Program-made: the position numbers and the translations under genes
Shown: piece after piece, positions 55,039-61,589 of the stretch
Layout: each line of letters begins with the position of its first letter
How positions within the stretch are numbered: position 1 is the stretch's first letter
The notes under the pieces: generated by a model
What the model saw: the letters and a program-made list of their open reading frames with translations, nothing else
The model's database searches: none
Told to the model about the DNA's origin: nothing
Virus record (IMG/VR): IMGVR_UViG_3300015607_005478
Direction: 5' to 3' (one strand)
DNA from: an uncultured virus (IMG/VR IMGVR_UViG_3300015607_005478)
Taxonomy: Duplodnaviria > Heunggongvirae > Uroviricota > Caudoviricetes
DNA length: 64,000 nt

Positions 55039-55608
55039 ATGGCTAGAGAAACGGATGTTCCCCGCACAATGCTCCTCGAGCTTCTGAAGGAGCATGCGCT
55101 CAAGCGCGGGGACTTCACGCTGAAGTCGGGGAGAAAGAGCAACTTCCTCATCAACTGCAAGGACGTCGTGCTCACAGCCGATGGGCACTACTTCGTGGGT
55201 CGTGTGATGCTCGAGACACTCCAAACCGCGGGCTGTAAGGCTGTGGCGGGTGTCGAGCTCGGTGGGTGCCCCATCGCGAGCGCCATAGCGATGGCGAGCT
55301 CGGTAACGGACAAGCCCATCAACGCCGTCTACGTTCGCAAGTCGCCGAAGGATCATGGCTCGAAGAACCTCCTCGAGGGCGAGGCGTTTGTGAAGAGAAC
55401 GGACCCCATCGTTGTGGTTGAGGACGTGACGACGACAGGTTCTAGCGCCCTCGACGCCGTCATCCAGCTTTGGAAGTACGGCTACAGCGTGATGGGCGTA
55501 GCCACACTTGTGGACCGCCTCGAGGGCGGCCGAGAAAACATCGTGTCGAAGAACCTCACGTTCTGGAGCGTGTTCGACCGCAACGACTTCCTTCCATCAG
55601 GTGAGTGA
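55039..55608 (+). CDS. pyrE: Orotate phosphoribosyltransferase
   Basis: GDFTLKSGRKS, AGVELGGCPIA, VRKSPKDHG, VVVEDVTTTGSS (PRPP loop), LVDRLEGG. Confidence 0.92.
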   Translation: MARETDVPRTMLLELLKEHALKRGDFTLKSGRKSNFLINCKDVVLTADGHYFVGRVMLETLQTAGCKAVAGVELGGCPIASAIAMASSVTDKPINAVYVRKSPKDHGSKNLLEGEAFVKRTDPIVVVEDVTTTGSSALDAVIQLWKYGYSVMGVATLVDRLEGGRENIVSKNLTFWSVFDRNDFLPSGE

Positions 55609-56096
55609 TGACGAACGAAGAGCTCGCCGACGAGATCATCGTCCGCTTCAACAAACTCCTCGAAAATCCCGAGGTGCGCGCGGACATCAACGCGTTGCTA
55701 CATCGCACCGTTGGCGCGTGCTGGCAGACGCAGGAACATCCCACGATTCAAACCAACGCGCGGCGCCTCAGCGTCATGGGCTTGCTCAACGGCCTCATCG
55801 GAACTATCGGTGCCGGGCCGCGCGCCTCGTGGGGCCTCATCTCAGCTGAGTTCGACGATAGTGAATCGCTCGTGCGCTTTGTTCGCACGGAGCCATTTGT
55901 CGTTGGCGCGCCCGTGTGGTGCAAGGACATCACCGGCCCGTATCCAGAACTTCGCGGCCTTGTTGGCGCAGTGAAAGAGATCACGCCGACAGAGATCGTG
56001 GTCACGTATCACATCGGGAGAACGAAGAAGGATTACATCCTTCCTCGAGAAGAGGTGGTGCCCCATGAGCCCGTACCGCGTAAGCGCAAAGCCTGA
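55605..56096 (+). CDS. Hypothetical protein
   Basis: Overlap-coupled; LSVMGLLNGL motif. Confidence 0.6.
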   Translation: MMTNEELADEIIVRFNKLLENPEVRADINALLHRTVGACWQTQEHPTIQTNARRLSVMGLLNGLIGTIGAGPRASWGLISAEFDDSESLVRFVRTEPFVVGAPVWCKDITGPYPELRGLVGAVKEITPTEIVVTYHIGRTKKDYILPREEVVPHEPVPRKRKA

Positions 56097-56457
56097 AGAG
56101 CTGGCGCCGAAGAAGCCGTTTCTCTGCCGCATCGGTTTTCATGTCTGGGGCGGATGGGTGCTCGATGGCTGCAGCGTGTTCTGGTGCACGCGCTGCGAGA
56201 AGCATTTCTTCACCAACAAGCACCCAGAAGAGGTAGCGGCGGGTGACACTGTCGTCTCGTGGAGGCAGGTTCTCGGCGAGGTCCATCTTTGTGAAAACAA
56301 GTGGGCTACAGAGCCGTGCCGGAACAATGCCACCTGTCTTGTGCAGCTCTATAGTGGAGCAGGCTGGGTGCTCTGCGATAAGTGCACCATGCACATGATC
56401 TGGGGAGAGGACGTCGAAACAGTGATCGCTCGTCCCCTTTTGCTGCGCACGCCATAA
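56065..56457 (+). CDS. Cys-rich hypothetical protein
   Basis: LCRIGFHVW...CTRC. Confidence 0.55.
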   Translation: MSPYRVSAKPEELAPKKPFLCRIGFHVWGGWVLDGCSVFWCTRCEKHFFTNKHPEEVAAGDTVVSWRQVLGEVHLCENKWATEPCRNNATCLVQLYSGAGWVLCDKCTMHMIWGEDVETVIARPLLLRTP

Positions 56458-56467
56458 GGAGGTCGAC

Positions 56468-56647
56468 ATGATGGGTGGAGACATTGCGGTCAACGTCCGC
56501 ACGGGCGAGTACCGTCTTGTGATCGAAGTAGACCGCTTCCACAACGAAGTGACGTTCTCCGGCTCAATGAAGTGGGAGAGCTCGAAGGACTGGCGCGCGA
56601 GCGGCCGACACATGCGCCTGGTATGGGGCGCCTTCAAGGAGACGTGA
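56468..56647 (+). CDS. Small hypothetical protein (59 aa)
   Basis: TAAGGAGG then ATG; fills the gap; below track cutoff. Confidence 0.6.
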   Translation: MMGGDIAVNVRTGEYRLVIEVDRFHNEVTFSGSMKWESSKDWRASGRHMRLVWGAFKET

Positions 56648-56648
56648 G

Positions 56649-58280
56649 ATGCACGTCGACGACTTCATCGAAGATCCGACATCCGATAAGTACGCGGTGT
56701 CGTGGTTCGAGTCATTTCGGCGGCCAGAGTGGGCCAAGCTAGAAAAGCCTGATGAGCGAAAGCTCTATGCAACGTACAAGGGCGAACGCTACCTCGTGAC
56801 GGGCTGCTCGCGGATGGGCGATGTGTGGCTGCACTCGGACCTGACGTACACGGGCATGAGCTACGAGAGACGCGTGAACGTGGCTGACTGCTCTGCGTGG
56901 TCATCAGAGCCACAGGAGAAGGGCGATGCCGAAAATTCGAATCTCATGGGAGCAAGCGCGGATGCTGGGGATAGCGCACTGCGAATGCGGTCACCCAGCG
57001 AACAATCACTTCCTGGACCAACCGGGGAAGCCGTGCGCGCACTGCAAGTGCAAGAAGATGAAAGAGCGCATCACGCTGCCGAAGCGCCGGCGTTAGGGCA
57101 TGAGCAAGTGATCATTGGTGCCATCTCCGGCGAAGGCTATGTACAGTCTTGGGGAGTGAGCGCAGACCATGACGCGGGCGAGGCTCGCCAAAACCAGATC
57201 ATCGTCGAGACTCCGCGCTCAAGCGATGTCACGACCGAACATGCTGAGGCGTTGATCGCCTGCGCGGCGCCCGTCGCGCCGGTAGCAACCTTCATCACTG
57301 CAGATGAGAATCGCCCGAACGAGGCGCCGCCCGCGGAGAAGTGCGGCACGTGGCTCGACGACGGGACGTGGGAATGCAGGTGCCGCCATGCGAGCGTGAA
57401 CGACGCTGCCGTCTTTCGGTGTGGATTCTGCCAACTCTTTCGGCCCGCACCGCGCCCGCAAGAGGCGCCGACACCGAAGATCGACACGGCCGCATGGCTG
57501 GAGAGCATCGCTGGCCTGGCCGAAAAGTTTCTCGAGGACACCACCGACTTCGCGGTCCGCGGACTGCTCGATAGGGCACTCACGCTTCGCCACCACAAGC
57601 CGAGCCCAGATTCGCCCACGCTAAAGGCCGCGACACTGGAGTGCGATCACTGCGGCGATGTCGCGATCGAGTCGAGTAGCGGATACTTTTGGGACGGCGA
57701 CGGCGGGCGATGTCTCGCGTGTGGCCACCCTGGCCATGTTTCTTGTGACGGCGAGGAGTCGCCTTGGTGGAGCACGGGAGACGGAGAGGACGACTTTTGC
57801 GCACGTCCCGATTGTGAGGAATGCAACGAACGCCGCGTGAAGCGGACGGACAAGGCGCTGCTCGATAACATCAATGAGCAAAGGGCGCTGGTCGGGAATC
57901 CACCGCTGTCCCGCGACGAGCTGCGCAACGCAACTCGCTGCTGTCGAGCATTTTACGGACACGAGGCTGGGTGTCCTAGCGCCAAGGGAACGAAGGGCTC
58001 ACTGTTGCTCGCGAGCGGCATCTGTCTCACGGTGGAAGAGGTCGACGAAGTGCTCGCAGCACGTCGCGTGGACTATCCGCTTCCCGCTCGCGAGATCGCC
58101 GAGATGCTGCGGTACCTCTGCGGCGCGCTCGAACACGATCTCCCGTCCGAAGGCATGGGCGACGACGATGCCGAGCGCCAGAGTCTCAGCTACCTCTACG
58201 ACAACATTCGCCAGGCGCAGGCTATGGCGACGCGGCTCGATCCTCGCACTGATTCAGTCACGACACCGGAGAAGAAGTGA
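56649..58280 (+). CDS. Multi-module Cys-rich ORF (possibly more than one gene)
   Basis: 543-aa frame with several CxxC clusters; contains a nested +1-frame gene. Confidence 0.5.
   Translation: MHVDDFIEDPTSDKYAVSWFESFRRPEWAKLEKPDERKLYATYKGERYLVTGCSRMGDVWLHSDLTYTGMSYERRVNVADCSAWSSEPQEKGDAENSNLMGASADAGDSALRMRSPSEQSLPGPTGEAVRALQVQEDERAHHAAEAPALGHEQVIIGAISGEGYVQSWGVSADHDAGEARQNQIIVETPRSSDVTTEHAEALIACAAPVAPVATFITADENRPNEAPPAEKCGTWLDDGTWECRCRHASVNDAAVFRCGFCQLFRPAPRPQEAPTPKIDTAAWLESIAGLAEKFLEDTTDFAVRGLLDRALTLRHHKPSPDSPTLKAATLECDHCGDVAIESSSGYFWDGDGGRCLACGHPGHVSCDGEESPWWSTGDGEDDFCARPDCEECNERRVKRTDKALLDNINEQRALVGNPPLSRDELRNATRCCRAFYGHEAGCPSAKGTKGSLLLASGICLTVEEVDEVLAARRVDYPLPAREIAEMLRYLCGALEHDLPSEGMGDDDAERQSLSYLYDNIRQAQAMATRLDPRTDSVTTPEKK
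56926..57096 (+). CDS. Small zinc-binding protein nested in the 543-aa ORF
   Basis: AGGAG then MPKIRISWEQARMLGIAHCECGHPANNH...PCAHCKCKKM. Confidence 0.6.
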   Translation: MPKIRISWEQARMLGIAHCECGHPANNHFLDQPGKPCAHCKCKKMKERITLPKRRR

Positions 58281-58519
58281 TGCTGAGTTGGGGTGCGTGC
58301 CTCGTCATGACGTTCATCGGTGCGTTTTTGATCGGTCGCATGTGGGAGCGTGCCAAGCGAGAGCGTCCCTATTGCCGCGAGGAATCGTGTCGAAGACGCG
58401 TCGACATCGCTGGGGCACGTTGCCAGCCATGTCTCGAGGGAATCGCTCGTAAGTACGAGATGCTCACCGCTGTTGCGAAGGCTCAGGGCACGAACGGAAA
58501 GAAGGTGCACGGGTCATGA
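58277..58519 (+). CDS. Small membrane-anchored Cys protein
   Basis: N-terminal hydrophobic helix; C-x4-C...CQPC. Confidence 0.5.
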   Translation: MMLSWGACLVMTFIGAFLIGRMWERAKRERPYCREESCRRRVDIAGARCQPCLEGIARKYEMLTAVAKAQGTNGKKVHGS

Positions 58520-58544
58520 CGCTCGAACGCGGTCTAGAAAACGC

Positions 58545-58573
58545 TCAAGAAGCGAGATGGATGAGGCATAAGA
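58545..58573 (+). promoter_or_regulatory. Repeated phage promoter TCAA-N16-GGCATAAGA
   Basis: Motif family member. Confidence 0.6.
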
Positions 58574-58590
58574 GGTGTGGAGGCTAGACC

Positions 58591-58905
58591 ATGACCACAC
58601 TTCTTCAACGACTCATCCTCGCGCTCTCGGACAACGACCTCTGCGATATCCGTGAACTCATCACGCAGGAGATGAAGCAGCGCCCGCTTAGAACTACGTG
58701 GCTCACTGCGATACCAGAGACGGTGGACGATCGAGCAGCTCTCATGCGCTTCTTCATGCTCGATCGCAATATCACCGAACGCGACGCCCTTCGTCTTTGC
58801 ACGGCGGTGAACTCAGGTGAGGCCGTCAACATGAAGTATCTCACGCTCGACGCGTTCGACCGACTTAGCAGGATCCCAGGCGTTGTGCTGCGGTTGGAGC
58901 TCTAG
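58591..58905 (+). CDS. Hypothetical protein
   Basis: GGAGG then ATG. Confidence 0.6.
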   Translation: MTTLLQRLILALSDNDLCDIRELITQEMKQRPLRTTWLTAIPETVDDRAALMRFFMLDRNITERDALRLCTAVNSGEAVNMKYLTLDAFDRLSRIPGVVLRLEL

Positions 58906-59259
58906 ATGGCGCGGGCGCAAGCGGGCATCCCGGGCATCAGCGTTTCAATCGAGACCGAGGACTACGTCATCATCACGCGCGGAGATCGGAAGGTCTTCGT
59001 CCACTTCAATGACCGCGACGGCAAAGTGTTCGCGAAGGTCAGTGGTGCTGGCGAATCACCGCTCGGGCGTATTCAACGCATCCTTGAGGCGACGGATATC
59101 GGAACGCCTCGCGGCGTGAACTCAGGGCGCTCGTCTTTGCGCGAGCGCGTTACCGCGTGCAAACACGAGATGTGGCACGTCGGTCTCGACACCCTTATTC
59201 GCTGCGTCGATTGTTCTGAAGTGGCGAACAAGGAGTACTTCAAGGGAAGAGCAAAATGA
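58906..59259 (+). CDS. Hypothetical protein
   Basis: GGAG then ATG; CKH...CVDC. Confidence 0.6.
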   Translation: MARAQAGIPGISVSIETEDYVIITRGDRKVFVHFNDRDGKVFAKVSGAGESPLGRIQRILEATDIGTPRGVNSGRSSLRERVTACKHEMWHVGLDTLIRCVDCSEVANKEYFKGRAK

Positions 59260-59732
59260 GCATCGAACAAGATCTTGAGTTCTGGCACATCGAAGAGGAC
59301 ATTCGGTACTTCAAGGCGAAGATCGAGCTATCCATGCGCAGTCTGCCACCGCTCGCCGCCGAACGCGCGCGGATGTACCTCGTGCTTCTTACACAAGCCC
59401 GTGATGAGCTCGTGTTGAAGCATCCGCGCACGGGTGCCGAGACGTTCATGCCGAAGATGACGAACGAGGCACGCATCGAGTTCGTCAAGCACGCGCTCAA
59501 CAGCGGACAAGAACAAGCACTCATAGACTTTGCCGTGCACTACATCCAGGATCGCCTCGAGCATCTTGCGCGGCAGCCGCCCATGCCTCTCGGCAAGACG
59601 GCTCAGCAGGTGAATGAAGCCATCGAGATCATCATGCAGTTCCTGCGTGACAACGGGCAGACGCAGCAGCTCGCGCGCCTCGAAGGGCAGTACAAAGCCA
59701 TGCGCATTCTCGAGGGCGAGCCGTCTTCGTGA
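59256..59732 (+). CDS. Hypothetical protein
   Basis: ATGA overlap. Confidence 0.6.
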   Translation: MSIEQDLEFWHIEEDIRYFKAKIELSMRSLPPLAAERARMYLVLLTQARDELVLKHPRTGAETFMPKMTNEARIEFVKHALNSGQEQALIDFAVHYIQDRLEHLARQPPMPLGKTAQQVNEAIEIIMQFLRDNGQTQQLARLEGQYKAMRILEGEPSS

Positions 59733-59911
59733 GCTACCGGATGCCGGTTGGCTGCCCCGCCTGCGGTGCACCTGCGGGTCAACCTTGTCGTCGACGCATC
59801 ATTGATAGAAGCGACGGAAGCATACGCGTGCTCGGACACACGCCACGCTCACCGCATGTAGCGAGGCTCATGCGCATTCACGTGCTCAACCGAAAGAAAG
59901 AACATGGGTAA
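59729..59911 (+). CDS. Small zinc-finger protein
   Basis: CPACGAPAGQPC...HVAR. Confidence 0.65.
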   Translation: MSYRMPVGCPACGAPAGQPCRRRIIDRSDGSIRVLGHTPRSPHVARLMRIHVLNRKKEHG

Positions 59912-60137
59912 GTACGCACCGAATCCGAAGTGTGGAGCCTGCATCGCCGGTGGTGAACTCTGCATGCAATGCGCCCTCGACTGGCGCCTCAAGCAGAGCG
60001 CGGATGAAACGCGCGTTCTTCGACGCATCGCCGCCATCGTCCGCGACCGCGCCCTTTTACGCATTCCCGAGCTCAAGCCGCTCTACAAGCGCCTCGACAC
60101 CATCAGGAACCGCAAGCCGCGTCGGAAGAAGAGGTAG
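59904..60137 (+). CDS. Small zinc-binding basic protein
   Basis: CGAC...CMQC. Confidence 0.55.
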   Translation: MGKYAPNPKCGACIAGGELCMQCALDWRLKQSADETRVLRRIAAIVRDRALLRIPELKPLYKRLDTIRNRKPRRKKR

Positions 60138-60139
60138 TC

Positions 60140-60715
60140 ATGCACATCATCTGCGATGAATGCTTCAAGAAGGCCCAGCCTCTCGAAGAGATAACCAAGG
60201 GCACGATACACGTGACGCCCTGGCTGTGTGCGTATTGCGGAACTTCAACGCCCGCAAATACAACGCACTACCTCTCGGGTGACACACCCAGCTGGGACGT
60301 CTGCCGCACCCTCGGCGTCTCAACCAAGAACTGCAGCTTCTTCGACTACGAATCGATTCAACGAGACATCGACGTTGAGTTTGAGACAGAGCTGCAGAAG
60401 GACACGCGCGGGCTGGCAAACCGACTCATCGACTGGCTTCGTAGCCCCAGGCAGTCGAACGAGGCGCCGAAGAAGCGCATGGCGCGTGTCATCGAAGAGC
60501 TGGGCAAGCTCTCTTCGTGGAACAACAACGACCCGCGCGAGAACATCTACAAGCGCGGAGACATCCTCGTCCTTCATCCCGATGGACGTATCGGTAAGGG
60601 GCAGGTCGATACGAAGGAAGGTTGGTATCTTCACATCGTCCTCGACAACGGCCAGATGATCTACGACTGGGACACGACGTGGTTGTGGTGCCACGACCCG
60701 AGGAAGAAGAACTAG
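60140..60715 (+). CDS. Zinc-ribbon protein
   Basis: CDEC...CAYC; GAGGT upstream. Confidence 0.6.
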   Translation: MHIICDECFKKAQPLEEITKGTIHVTPWLCAYCGTSTPANTTHYLSGDTPSWDVCRTLGVSTKNCSFFDYESIQRDIDVEFETELQKDTRGLANRLIDWLRSPRQSNEAPKKRMARVIEELGKLSSWNNNDPRENIYKRGDILVLHPDGRIGKGQVDTKEGWYLHIVLDNGQMIYDWDTTWLWCHDPRKKN

Positions 60716-60717
60716 TC

Positions 60718-60948
60718 ATGCCCAAACTCTCCTTCGAAGCACCGCCACAAGGCGCGTATAAAACGCGGCTTCTTCTCGACGACGTCCACGTCGATGGTGT
60801 TCTGAGCGTGGCCCTCCACTTCTCAGGCAACGCGCCCTTTCCTGCGTGCCTCATTGTGCTCTACGCCACCGAAGAGAACATCCCCATTGTCGAATCGCTC
60901 AGGACTATTCCCTGGGTCACCGTCGTTCTTGAACGACCACCCGCATAG
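60718..60948 (+). CDS. Hypothetical protein
   Basis: MPKLSFE...; ends before a terminator. Confidence 0.55.
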   Translation: MPKLSFEAPPQGAYKTRLLLDDVHVDGVLSVALHFSGNAPFPACLIVLYATEENIPIVESLRTIPWVTVVLERPPA

Positions 60949-60953
60949 CGCGT

Positions 60954-60988
60954 GTCGGCCCTCCTAGCGGGGGCCGGCTCTTTCCTTT
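60954..60988 (+). terminator. Intrinsic terminator
   Basis: GTCGGCCCTC/GGGGGCCGGC then TCTTTCCTTT. Confidence 0.65.
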
Positions 60989-61000
60989 AGCCTCCGGTTC

Positions 61001-61210
61001 ATGCCGCACAGCACGCACGGCCGAGAGTCGCCGGAAGAAACGCCCAACCTCACCTTCTGCCCCTGCCTCGGGCACGCACTGCAGAAGGAATGCGCCGAGG
61101 CGGGCTGCGGCTACTGCCACAACGCGGAGAATCCACCCCCTCCCCTCGACCCCGAGATATCAGCGGCGCTGGGCTGGGATGTAGACGCCGTTTACGGGAA
61201 GAAGGACTGA
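61001..61210 (+). CDS. Small Cys-rich protein
   Basis: CPC...C...CGYC; TAGCCT 7 nt upstream. Confidence 0.5.
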   Translation: MPHSTHGRESPEETPNLTFCPCLGHALQKECAEAGCGYCHNAENPPPPLDPEISAALGWDVDAVYGKKD

Positions 61211-61214
61211 CGAT

Positions 61215-61583
61215 ATGGACGACATTCGACCGAAAGGCACCGGGGAAGGGCCATGCGCATCCTGCCCCGTGGGTGAGAACGGCGAGCGCTGGTACTTCTG
61301 GGTGGACGCCCTTGATCCGCGCTTGCCGGATGGCCCCTTCATCTGCCCGACATGCATCAACGGCGACAAGCCCCTCGAGAAGGAGACCGTCGAGGGTCTC
61401 ATCCAGCAATTCGGCGCGCAGATGTGCCTCGACATCGCGCGGGAAAAACTACAGAACCACGCCCCCGATCTCTACCCTCCACTTATCCGCCAGTTGCTTC
61501 GGTACACACAGAGCCTCAGCCACACGCCCCTCTGGCAAGAAGTCGACGCGCTCCTCAAGAAGAACGCTCCCCAGGAGAACTGA
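61215..61583 (+). CDS. Zinc-binding hypothetical protein
   Basis: CASC...CPTC; AAGGA upstream. Confidence 0.55.
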   Translation: MDDIRPKGTGEGPCASCPVGENGERWYFWVDALDPRLPDGPFICPTCINGDKPLEKETVEGLIQQFGAQMCLDIAREKLQNHAPDLYPPLIRQLLRYTQSLSHTPLWQEVDALLKKNAPQEN

Positions 61584-61589
61584 TCCACC

